Positions 24,636-32,705 of a stretch of 34,802 nt of DNA are shown piece by piece. The position numbers were made by a program, and so were the translations under genes. Position 1 is the stretch's first letter. The number at the start of each line of letters is the position of its first letter. Source of the DNA: Candidatus Altiarchaeales archaeon IMC4 (lineage in GTDB: Archaea > Altiarchaeota > Altiarchaeia > IMC4); NCBI GenBank assembly GCA_001742785.1, contig MCBF01000001.1, forward strand, positions 147,335 to 182,136. Direction: 5' to 3'. The notes under the pieces are model-generated. The model was not told the DNA's origin and did not search any database. It worked only from the letters and a program-made list of their open reading frames with translations.

Positions 24636-26084
24636 ATGCAGGACAAAAATACGGACAATATTTTAGACATATCAAAGCGGCGAGGCATCGTTTACCCGTC
24701 GTTTGAAATATACGGGGGAGTTTCTGGGTTTTACGACTACGGCCCGATCGGGACAAGAATCAAGAAGAACGTCGATGACCTGATACGCGAGTACTACGTG
24801 ATCGGCGAGGGCTGTGTCGAGGTCGAGTGCCCGACGGTTTCCCCCGAGCAGGTCTGGGTTGCATCAGGCCACGTGAAGAACTTCTCGGACATGACGACCG
24901 AGTGCCTGAAGTGCGGGCAGCCGTACCGCGCGGACCACCTTATCGAGGAGGACCTTAAGATTTCCTGCGACGGCATGAAGATACCCGAACTTCAGAAACT
25001 CATCGACGACAACAACATCGCCTGCCCGAAGTGCAGGGGGAAACTCGACAAACTCTACGACTACAACCTGATGTTCGCAACCTCGGTCGGCGCGGGAAAG
25101 GGAGCGATGACCGCCTACCTTAGGCCCGAAACCGCCCAGACCACATACTTAGCGTTCAACCGCCTTTGGGAGATAACAAGGCGCAAGATTCCATTTGGGG
25201 TTTTGCAGATTGGAAAATCCTTCAGGAACGAAATCTCGCCAAGGCAGGGGATGCTTCGCCTTCGCGAATTCAGCCAGGCGGAGGTGCAGTTCTTCGCCGA
25301 GCCGGAAAACAAAACGATGGAGAATTTTGGCGATGTGGCAGGCATTTCGGTAAGGATACTTTCAAAGGACGAGAAGGAAATTTCAACAACGATCGGCGCG
25401 GCGTTCGAAGACAAAATCATAAAAATCCAGATGATCGCCTACTTCCTGGGCAGGTCGGTACAGCTCTTCGGAGACATGGGCATAAACACGGAAAAACTGC
25501 GCCTCAGGCAGCACAAGGACGACGAGCGCGCGTTCTATTCCTCTGAAACTTGGGACATCGAGTTCATGAGCGGCGCCTTCGGGCGGATCGAGATAGTCGG
25601 CATTTCGGACAGGGGGGATTACGACCTTTCGGCGCACCAGAAACTGAGCAAGCAGAGCATGGAGGTGAATATCGAGGGTAGGAAGTTCATCCCTCACGTC
25701 GTCGAGGTCGCGTACGGAATAGACCGCCCGATATACTGCGTGCTGGAATCCTGCCTGCGGGAAGACGAACGCGGGGCGTACTTCGCGTTCCCGACAAGGG
25801 TGGCACCGTACAAGGCCGCGGTATTCCCGCTTGTCAAAAAGGACGGGCTTGACGAAAGGGCACTGGAGGTTTTCCGCCTTTTGAGAAAAAGCGGGGTGTA
25901 CGCGATATTCGACCGCTCGGGAAGCATCGGCAAGAGGTACGCAAGGGCCGACGAGGTCGGGATCCCGTACTGCCTGACGGTGGACTATGACACACTAACC
26001 GATGGCACCGTTACGGTAAGAAGCCGGGATTCGAAGGAGCAAAAGAGGGTTAAGATCGAGGAGATTGTGAGGCAGCTGGACTAA
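24636..26084 (+). CDS. glyS: Glycine--tRNA ligase (archaeal/eukaryotic alpha2 type)
   Basis: 482 aa. Motifs: RRGIVYPSFEIYGGVSGFYDYGPIG, FRNEISPRQG (motif 2), AYGIDRP (motif 3), and a C-terminal anticodon-binding domain. Confidence 0.92.
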   Translation: MQDKNTDNILDISKRRGIVYPSFEIYGGVSGFYDYGPIGTRIKKNVDDLIREYYVIGEGCVEVECPTVSPEQVWVASGHVKNFSDMTTECLKCGQPYRADHLIEEDLKISCDGMKIPELQKLIDDNNIACPKCRGKLDKLYDYNLMFATSVGAGKGAMTAYLRPETAQTTYLAFNRLWEITRRKIPFGVLQIGKSFRNEISPRQGMLRLREFSQAEVQFFAEPENKTMENFGDVAGISVRILSKDEKEISTTIGAAFEDKIIKIQMIAYFLGRSVQLFGDMGINTEKLRLRQHKDDERAFYSSETWDIEFMSGAFGRIEIVGISDRGDYDLSAHQKLSKQSMEVNIEGRKFIPHVVEVAYGIDRPIYCVLESCLREDERGAYFAFPTRVAPYKAAVFPLVKKDGLDERALEVFRLLRKSGVYAIFDRSGSIGKRYARADEVGIPYCLTVDYDTLTDGTVTVRSRDSKEQKRVKIEEIVRQLD

Positions 26085-26153
26085 AAATTGAAAACTCAAA
26101 ACATATTTATACCCAAAAACTAAAGATTTTTAGACTAAAAAAAATTAGTTAAT

Positions 26154-27323
26154 ATGGCATTCACATTGAAACCGGCGCAGGGGGATGATTTTGTAGACAG
26201 GGAACAGGTCATCGCGGAGATGGTGAACACCCTATCGGACAAGGAATCCCGTGTTGGTTTTGCTTTGTATGGAAAAAGACGCGTTGGTAAGACGTCAATA
26301 CTAAAAGAGACAAAAAGACTGCTTAAGGATAGAGAGGATATCGTTGTGATTTACTTCTCACTTTTTGAACTTGCGCCAAAAACAGTACCCAATTTCGTTA
26401 GAAAATTCTCAAGCGAGGTGCTTGAGGCATACAAACAGAGATTGTCGCTGAAATACAGAACGAAGGACTTGATGATGGCGCCCCTTGCAATTATCAGAAA
26501 GCATATCGGGGAGATGAATATCGGCGTGAAAGTCGGGGAGGATATAGAATTTTTACTTACGTTTAATGAAGATGAAACGAAGGACTATGGAGAACTTATA
26601 AAAAGGGCGTTTGACCTCCCGGAAAAACTTGCCGGCGAGACAAAAACGAAATGCGTCCTCTTGATAGACGAATTTCCGCTCATTATAGATCTGAAAAACG
26701 GCTCAAGAATCGGCGAGGACATTATCGGGGTTATAAGAACCGTTCACGAGGAACAAAAAAATACCGCCATGTGCATCTGCGGTTCCATAAGAAAGACCAT
26801 GGAAACGGTCGTTTTATCCTCCGCATCTCCGTTTTACAGGCAGTTCATATCAAGAGAGATAAGCCCGTTTGAGAAGGAATATGTCGGAAAGCTGTTGAAG
26901 AAAAATATAAAGAAAGAAGTCATGGACGGGGGTGTTGACAGGATGTATTCAACCACGGAGGGCTTCCCGTTTTATGTTCAACTGCTTGGCAAAAAATTGG
27001 AGTTCGTCAACAAGGATGTGATTGGGCCGGATGACATAGAGTCTGTGGTTCGCAATACTCTGGAGGAAGAGGGGGACCTCATATTTATGGAGGAATTTAA
27101 TGCCCTTTCTCCGAATGAACAAAAGATTATTATCTCGATGGCGCATGACAAGCATTCTCCGAAGGATATTTCCGCCGCATCCAAAATCGGAATATCGACT
27201 ACATCGACCTATTTGTTATCACTTCAGGAGAAAGGGGCAATCTCAAAAGATGCGCAGGGGATATATAGTATCGACGACCCGATGTTTCGAAAATGGGTGT
27301 GTATGAAATATGATGTGGGGTGA
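26154..27323 (+). CDS. Arch_ATPase-type P-loop NTPase with a C-terminal wHTH (PF01637/DUF234-like)
   Basis: 389 aa. Motifs: FVDREQVIAEM..., Walker A GKRRVGKTS, Walker B VLLIDEF, and a C-terminal LSPNEQKIIISMA...ISTTSTYLLSLQEKGAI. It is visibly more AT-rich than its neighbours. Confidence 0.7.
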   Translation: MAFTLKPAQGDDFVDREQVIAEMVNTLSDKESRVGFALYGKRRVGKTSILKETKRLLKDREDIVVIYFSLFELAPKTVPNFVRKFSSEVLEAYKQRLSLKYRTKDLMMAPLAIIRKHIGEMNIGVKVGEDIEFLLTFNEDETKDYGELIKRAFDLPEKLAGETKTKCVLLIDEFPLIIDLKNGSRIGEDIIGVIRTVHEEQKNTAMCICGSIRKTMETVVLSSASPFYRQFISREISPFEKEYVGKLLKKNIKKEVMDGGVDRMYSTTEGFPFYVQLLGKKLEFVNKDVIGPDDIESVVRNTLEEEGDLIFMEEFNALSPNEQKIIISMAHDKHSPKDISAASKIGISTTSTYLLSLQEKGAISKDAQGIYSIDDPMFRKWVCMKYDVG

Positions 27324-27336
27324 AAACGTAAAAAAA

Positions 27337-28164
27337 ATGATGCCGAAAAAACTACTTGAAAAAAGGCTTGTCGAGATGATCGAGGAGGACGTGCAAAGCT
27401 ACGACCTGACGTCGGCTTTCATGCCGCAGAAAAGGGTCGCCGCGGTGATAAAGACAAACGAGGACTGCATAGTTTCTGGGATCTATGAGGTTTCGATACT
27501 TTTCGGGATGTTCGGGATAGATGTCGTTGAGTCGAAGAAAGACGGAGATTTCGTGAAAAGGGGGGGCACCATATTCCGGATTTCCGGAAACAGCAGGGAG
27601 ATGCTTACCGCCGAGCGGACCGCGCTTAACATATTGTCCCGGATGAGCGGCAAAAGCACGCAGATAAAGGGGCTGATTGACCGGGCGAAGGCTGCAAACC
27701 CCAGGATAAAGGTGGCTTCAAGCCGCAAGACGACCCCCCTCTTTCGGTACTTTGAAAAGATGGGCGTCAGCGTCGGCGGCGGGGATACGCACCGGATGAG
27801 CCTCAACGACTGCATAATGCTAAAGGACAACCACCTGAAGGTCTTCGGGGACATCGAAAAGGCTATAAAGGCGGCGAAGGAAAACGCAAGTTTCGCCCAC
27901 AAGATAGAGGTGGAGGTCGAGAACAAAAAGGACGCGATAAAGGCGGCGCGCCTCGGCGTTGACATAATCATGTTCGACAACATGCCCCCGGAAGAGATAA
28001 AAACGGCGATAAAGGAGCTTGGTGCTTTGAGAAAGAACGTGATACTCGAGGCCTCCGGTGGGATAACGCTTGATAATATTGCCGACTACGCAAAGACCGG
28101 CGTTGACGTTGTTTCGGTCGGAAAACTCAACAACATAACCGATATGAGCCTCAGCATCACCTGA
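27337..28164 (+). CDS. nadC: Nicotinate-nucleotide (quinolinate) pyrophosphorylase
   Basis: AERTALNILSRMSG, SSRKTTPLFR, GGGDTHRMSLND. Start is ATG 27337. ATG 27310 is also possible but would overlap the upstream gene by 14 nt. Confidence 0.88.
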   Translation: MMPKKLLEKRLVEMIEEDVQSYDLTSAFMPQKRVAAVIKTNEDCIVSGIYEVSILFGMFGIDVVESKKDGDFVKRGGTIFRISGNSREMLTAERTALNILSRMSGKSTQIKGLIDRAKAANPRIKVASSRKTTPLFRYFEKMGVSVGGGDTHRMSLNDCIMLKDNHLKVFGDIEKAIKAAKENASFAHKIEVEVENKKDAIKAARLGVDIIMFDNMPPEEIKTAIKELGALRKNVILEASGGITLDNIADYAKTGVDVVSVGKLNNITDMSLSIT

Positions 28165-28166
28165 AA

Positions 28167-28679
28167 ATGCAATACGTAAAAATTCCAAACGAGCGCATAG
28201 CAGTGCTTGTGGGGAAGAACGGCGCAACCAAGGAGAGTATAGAGAAAAAGACGAATACGAAGATATCGGTAACGGACACCTCGGTTTCGGTTGTGGGCGC
28301 GGCGATAGACGAGTGGGTCGCGAAGGATGTCGTTTTGGCGATAGGCCGCGGCTTCAGCCCGGAAAACGCGCTGCGCCTTCTGAAGGAAAACAACACCATC
28401 GAGATTCTGCGGATCGGCGACATTGCAAGGTCCAAAAATGACCTGGACAGGTTAAAGGGCCGGATAATCGGCGAGGGCGGCAAGACAAGAAAGACCATCG
28501 AGGAAATGACCGGCTGCTCTGTTTCTGTCTACGGGAAAACCGCCGCCATAATCGGCCTCGCAGACGATGTCTACACCGCGAAGGAGGCTATAGTGAAGCT
28601 CCTTGACGGTGCGCAGCATACCTCGGTCTACAAGTTCCTGGAAAAGAAGAGGGTGGAAGGAAAGCCCATGATTTTATAA
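28167..28679 (+). CDS. KH-domain RNA-binding protein (archaeal Dim2/Pno1-like)
   Basis: 170 aa with two KH-like segments (IAVLVGKNGATKESIEKKT / RIIGEGGKTRKTIEEMTG). Confidence 0.8.
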   Translation: MQYVKIPNERIAVLVGKNGATKESIEKKTNTKISVTDTSVSVVGAAIDEWVAKDVVLAIGRGFSPENALRLLKENNTIEILRIGDIARSKNDLDRLKGRIIGEGGKTRKTIEEMTGCSVSVYGKTAAIIGLADDVYTAKEAIVKLLDGAQHTSVYKFLEKKRVEGKPMIL

Positions 28680-28683
28680 ATAG

Positions 28684-28843
28684 CCCTTTTCTTTCCCGCG
28701 TAATTGCGGCGGCAATTACGGGGCACCATAATCGTGTTCGATTATGCGTGTCCAAAAGAAAAGTGCTATCCTCGTGAATCGGAGATTCACGGGACACCAT
28801 TTTCGATAAAATCGAAAATGCTTGTCATCCCAAAAGAAAAGGG
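28684..28843 (+). repeat. Hairpin-rich palindromic element, tandem double copy D1+D2 bounded by 11-bp inverted termini
   Basis: Termini: CCCTTTTCTTT (28684-28694) / AAAGAAAAGGG (28833-28843). D1: [CGTAATTGC ggcg GCAATTACG] GGGCACC [ATAATCG tgtt CGATTAT] GCGTGTCC AAAAGAAAAG. D2: [CGTGAATC gga GATTCACG] GGACACC [ATTTTCGAT aaa ATCGAAAAT] GCTTGTCA TCCC AAAAGAAAAGGG. Confidence 0.8.
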
Positions 28844-28871
28844 ATGTGCCTTATAAGACAACAAAAATAAG

Positions 28872-29081
28872 ATGTGCCTTGCGATACCCGGAAAAATTCT
28901 TGAGGCGGATGGCCCGGAGGGCATCGTCGATTTCGGCGGGACCAAACGAAAAGTCAGGCTTGACTTAGTTGATGCGGGGGTCGGCGATTACGTCATAGTA
29001 CACGTCGGCTACGCGATAGAGATTATGGATGAAAAAGAGGCAAAAGAGACGCTAAAATACTGGAGTGAACACCTTCTGTAA
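28872..29081 (+). CDS. hypC: Hydrogenase maturation chaperone HypC/HupF
   Basis: 69 aa with the invariant N-terminal MCLAIPGKI. Confidence 0.92.
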   Translation: MCLAIPGKILEADGPEGIVDFGGTKRKVRLDLVDAGVGDYVIVHVGYAIEIMDEKEAKETLKYWSEHLL

Positions 29082-29082
29082 A

Positions 29083-30141
29083 ATGAATTTCAGGGATAAA
29101 AAATTAGCGGACGCGGCAGGCAAAAAGATAGCAAAACTTGCAGGCAAAAAGAAAATCAGGCTGATGCACGTCTGCGGCACGCACGAGGACACGATAACGA
29201 AATTCGGGATACGGGGGCTATTGCCTGAAAACCTCGAAGTGCTGTCCGGCCCAGGATGTCCGGTCTGCGTAACGCCTGCAAAGGAGATAGACGAGGCGAT
29301 AAAATTAGCCGAAGGCAACGTGATCACGACGTTCGGGGACATGCTCAAGGTCCCGGGAAGCCGCGGCTGCCTCAGTGATGCAAAGGCCGACGGATGCGAC
29401 GTCAGGGTGGTTTATTCGATATCGGATTCTCTGAAGATGGCGAGGTCATCAAAGGGCGAGGTAACCCACATAGGCATCGGTTTTGAGACGACCGCGCCGA
29501 CTACCGCCGCGGCGCTCTTGCAGGGGCCGCCAGAAAACTTCTCCGTACTTTCATGCCACAGACTAGTTCCTCCGGCACTCGAAGCGCTCCTGTCATCGGG
29601 CGAGGTAAAAATAGGCGGTTTCATACAGCCGGGCCACGTCTCAACCATAATTGGGGCAAAGGTATATGAGCCTGTAAGCGAAAAATTCAAAATCCCGCAG
29701 GTGATAGCGGGCTTTGAACCTCTGGATGTTCTGTTCGGGATAATAACGCTCCTGGAAATGTTGGATAAAGGAGAATGTGGCGTGAAGAATGAGTATTCCA
29801 GAGTAGTCCACTACGAGGGAAACAAAAAGGCTCAGGCCGCAATGGGCGAATGTTTCGACATAGTGGACACAAAGTGGCGTGGGTTCCCCAAGATACCGAA
29901 ATCCGGGCTTGAATTGAACGAAAAATTCGAGGGATTCGACGCCAGAAAAAAGTTCAACCTCAAGGTAAAAGACTCCGCTGACATGCCCGCAGGGTGCAGG
30001 TGCGCGGATGTCCTCAAGGGCTTGATTTACCCGAACGAATGCCCGCTTTTCGGGAAAATTTGCAAGCCTGACGAGCCGGTCGGGCCCTGCATGGTCTCTG
30101 CCGAGGGCAGCTGTGCGATATGGTACAAGTATAAGAGATAA
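29083..30141 (+). CDS. hypD: Hydrogenase maturation protein HypD
   Basis: Motifs: CGTHED, GPGCPVCV, GFETTAP, and a C-terminal cysteine cluster. Start set to MNFRDKK, 1 nt after the hypC stop. Confidence 0.92.
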   Translation: MNFRDKKLADAAGKKIAKLAGKKKIRLMHVCGTHEDTITKFGIRGLLPENLEVLSGPGCPVCVTPAKEIDEAIKLAEGNVITTFGDMLKVPGSRGCLSDAKADGCDVRVVYSISDSLKMARSSKGEVTHIGIGFETTAPTTAAALLQGPPENFSVLSCHRLVPPALEALLSSGEVKIGGFIQPGHVSTIIGAKVYEPVSEKFKIPQVIAGFEPLDVLFGIITLLEMLDKGECGVKNEYSRVVHYEGNKKAQAAMGECFDIVDTKWRGFPKIPKSGLELNEKFEGFDARKKFNLKVKDSADMPAGCRCADVLKGLIYPNECPLFGKICKPDEPVGPCMVSAEGSCAIWYKYKR

Positions 30142-30167
30142 AAAATAGAATATGTCTTAAACAAAAA

Positions 30168-30611
30168 ATGGCGACTTTAAAATCTGTTGATACTGAAGAT
30201 TTGCAACTGGTGCTTGAGATTTGTATGATAATTCCTCAATCCCCTGAACCTTGGGTAGAATACAAGATAGAATACCATACTGGCACATTTAACATAAAAT
30301 TATGGAGGGATAATTTACCTCAAGACCGATGTTCTGGTTTCAAAAAACTTTTGGATGGAATAAACAGCATAATCAAAGGGCAAAAGGATTCTATAGAATA
30401 CGAAGCAATAGAGCCGGATTATGAAATAAAAATAGTGTTCAATAAACCAACAGAAGCCAATCCAGAGGGGTACTATTTAGTTACCCTTTGGAGGGATTTG
30501 GGGAATCTTGAGGAGGGGGTGTATGGGCTTGATGCCCTTGGATTGCGACTTGTAACCGATAAGAAGAATCTCATAAAATTTTATACTCAATTGAAAAAAG
30601 AATTAGATTAA
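30168..30611 (+). CDS. Hypothetical protein (AT-rich orphan ORF inside the hyp cluster)
   Basis: 147-aa ORF with no motif I recognise. It has clean coding periodicity, but its composition is much more AT-rich than the flanking hypD and hypA (22 G+C in its first 60 nt). Confidence 0.55.
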   Translation: MATLKSVDTEDLQLVLEICMIIPQSPEPWVEYKIEYHTGTFNIKLWRDNLPQDRCSGFKKLLDGINSIIKGQKDSIEYEAIEPDYEIKIVFNKPTEANPEGYYLVTLWRDLGNLEEGVYGLDALGLRLVTDKKNLIKFYTQLKKELD

Positions 30612-30661
30612 TGAGGAGCAGATTTCCTCCGCGTCTCTGCGGTGAACAATTACAATGTAAG

Positions 30662-31018
30662 ATGCACGAACTTTCAATCGCCCAAAGCGTAGTGGAAAAT
30701 GCGATAGATGCGGCGGAAAAAAGCGGGGCGAAAAAGATAAAATCGATAGAGCTGGAAATCGGCCTGATGATGATGGTGAACCCCGAGCAGTTGAGGTTCG
30801 CGATGGAGATAGTCTCAAAGGGCACGATTGCAGATGGCGCGAAACTAAAGATAATCAAAAAGAAGGTCAAGGCAAGGTGCAAAAACGGACATGTTTCAAC
30901 GATCGGCGGGGACTTCTTGCACCTGATGTCATCGCTTTCATGTACCAAGTGCCAAAGCCGCGACCTTGAGATTCTTGAGGGCAGGGGCATAATATTAAAA
31001 AAGATAGAGGCAGATTGA
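30662..31018 (+). CDS. hypA: Hydrogenase nickel-incorporation protein HypA
   Basis: Starts with the canonical MHELSIA. The second Zn half-site, CTKC, is present. The first half-site reads C-K-N-G-H instead of CxxC. Confidence 0.88.
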   Translation: MHELSIAQSVVENAIDAAEKSGAKKIKSIELEIGLMMMVNPEQLRFAMEIVSKGTIADGAKLKIIKKKVKARCKNGHVSTIGGDFLHLMSSLSCTKCQSRDLEILEGRGIILKKIEAD

Positions 31019-31019
31019 C

Positions 31020-31667
31020 ATGCACATAATCAACGTAAACCGCGACATAATCGGGATAAACAGGAAGATTGCCGAGCGCAACCGGAAGTTCCTTGACGAG
31101 CGGGGGATAAGGGCGGTGAACATAATGGGCGCAATCGGCTCCGGGAAAACCATTATGATAGAGGAGCTTGCCGAGAAACTGAAGGATGTCCGGATGGCGG
31201 CAATCGCAGGCGACGTCATCTCGGATGCGGACGCACGGCGGATAAAGAAGGCAGGCATTGAAACCATCGGCGTGAACACCGGGACCGAGTGCCACCTCGA
31301 CGCCCACCTGATCGACCACGCGTTCGGAAAGCTGAACCTCGGCGGCGTTGAGCTGCTCCTGATAGAGAACGTCGGAAACCTCGTTTGCCCGACGGACTTC
31401 GACTTAGGCGAGCACAGGAAAATCGTCATAGTAAGCGTAACCGAGGGCGACGACACCGTTGAAAAGCACCCGGCGATATTCGTGTACTGCGACCTTTGCA
31501 TCATAAACAAGGTCGACATCGCGGACGCTGTCGGCGCGGACGTTGAGAAGATGGTGGCCGACGCCAGAAGGATAAACCCGCGCCTTCGGATAATCAAAAC
31601 GAGCATGAAAACCGGGGATGGCCTTGACGAGTTGGTAAAATGGTTCAAAGAACTGGCAAAAGGATAA
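31020..31667 (+). CDS. hypB: Hydrogenase maturation GTPase HypB
   Basis: 215 aa with GAIGSGKT (P-loop), ENVGNLVCP and INKVD. Confidence 0.93.
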   Translation: MHIINVNRDIIGINRKIAERNRKFLDERGIRAVNIMGAIGSGKTIMIEELAEKLKDVRMAAIAGDVISDADARRIKKAGIETIGVNTGTECHLDAHLIDHAFGKLNLGGVELLLIENVGNLVCPTDFDLGEHRKIVIVSVTEGDDTVEKHPAIFVYCDLCIINKVDIADAVGADVEKMVADARRINPRLRIIKTSMKTGDGLDELVKWFKELAKG

Positions 31668-32659
31668 AACTATCCGACGGCGGCGGCGGGCAGGCCATGC
31701 AGAGGCTGCTTTCTGAGTCCGTAATAGGGAACCTGAAGAACGTAAAGACAAAGGGCGGGATCGGGCTTGAGGCGATGGACGATGCCGCGGTGATAAAAGT
31801 AGGGGGCGAAAATCTGGTTTTCACTACGGACTCCTATGTCGTTGAGCCGGTCTTTTTCAAGGGAGGAGATATAGGAAAACTTGCGATTTGCGGCACGATA
31901 AACGACCTTGCGGTGATGGGCGCAAAACCGATAGCGATATCGTGCGCGCTCATAATATCCGAGGGCTTCCCTATCAAAGACATCGAGAGGATAATGAAGT
32001 CGATGAACAGGGTTTCACAGGAGCTTGACATCCCCATCGTAACCGGCGACACGAAGGTCGTGGGGGCCGCCACGGGCATCTACATAAACACTACGGGCAT
32101 CGGGATCGCGGAAACTGTGATCCGGGACTCGGGGCTTCAAGTTGGCGACAAAATCATCGTGAGCGGCACCTTAGGAGACCATGGCATGGCGATACTCTCG
32201 CAAAGGGAGGGCATCGAATTCGAAACCGAACTGAAATCCGACTGCGCGGCAGTTTACCCGATGATCAAAGAACTCCTGGATGCCGGCATCGTAATCCACG
32301 CCGCAAAGGACCCGACGCGCGGCGGGTTCGCGAACGCGGTAAACGAGATGGCCGAAAAGTCGGGGGTCTGCGTTGAAATCGATGAGGACAAAATCCCGAT
32401 AAACCCTGCGGTGAAGTCATCGTCCGAGATGCTGGGCATCGACCCCCTGGAGGTGGCGAACGAAGGGAAAGTCGTTCTGGGAATCCCGGAAAAACAGGCA
32501 AAAAAGGCGCTTGGGATAATCAGGATGAATGAAATCGGAAAGCACGCAGAGATAGTCGGGAGGGTAGTCGTGGGCGACAGGGTTATAATGAATACGGTCA
32601 TCGGCGGAAGGCGGATCCTGGAAAAACCGATGGGTGACCCCGTGCCGAGGGTGTGCTGA
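31640..32659 (+). CDS. hypE: Hydrogenase maturation protein HypE
   Basis: 339 aa with an AIR-synthase-like fold pattern and the terminal PRVC motif (C-terminal Cys). ATG 31640 is the only in-frame start and overlaps hypB by 28 nt. Confidence 0.92.
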   Translation: MVQRTGKRIKLSDGGGGQAMQRLLSESVIGNLKNVKTKGGIGLEAMDDAAVIKVGGENLVFTTDSYVVEPVFFKGGDIGKLAICGTINDLAVMGAKPIAISCALIISEGFPIKDIERIMKSMNRVSQELDIPIVTGDTKVVGAATGIYINTTGIGIAETVIRDSGLQVGDKIIVSGTLGDHGMAILSQREGIEFETELKSDCAAVYPMIKELLDAGIVIHAAKDPTRGGFANAVNEMAEKSGVCVEIDEDKIPINPAVKSSSEMLGIDPLEVANEGKVVLGIPEKQAKKALGIIRMNEIGKHAEIVGRVVVGDRVIMNTVIGGRRILEKPMGDPVPRVC

Positions 32660-32705
32660 GGGCGCTATATTCTAGTTAGAATAAGGTTATGAACCCAATT
32701 AGACA

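Noticed and set aside
28699-28843. Two similar hairpin units that could be mistaken for a mini CRISPR array
   Set aside because: There are only two units. The 'repeats' differ in sequence and conserve only linkers and structure. There is no regular repeat-spacer periodicity, and no cas genes lie in the window.
28851-28857. TTATAAG as a TATA box for hypC
   Set aside because: It ends only about 15 nt before the hypC ATG, which is too close for the usual TATA-to-start spacing of about 25 nt. hypC may instead be transcribed through the upstream element.
32666-32685. Small palindrome TATTCTA-gt-TAGAATA between hypE and truD
   Set aside because: This is a 7-bp AT-rich inverted repeat in an AT-rich spacer. 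It is easily explained by chance and has no resemblance to the hairpin-element family.
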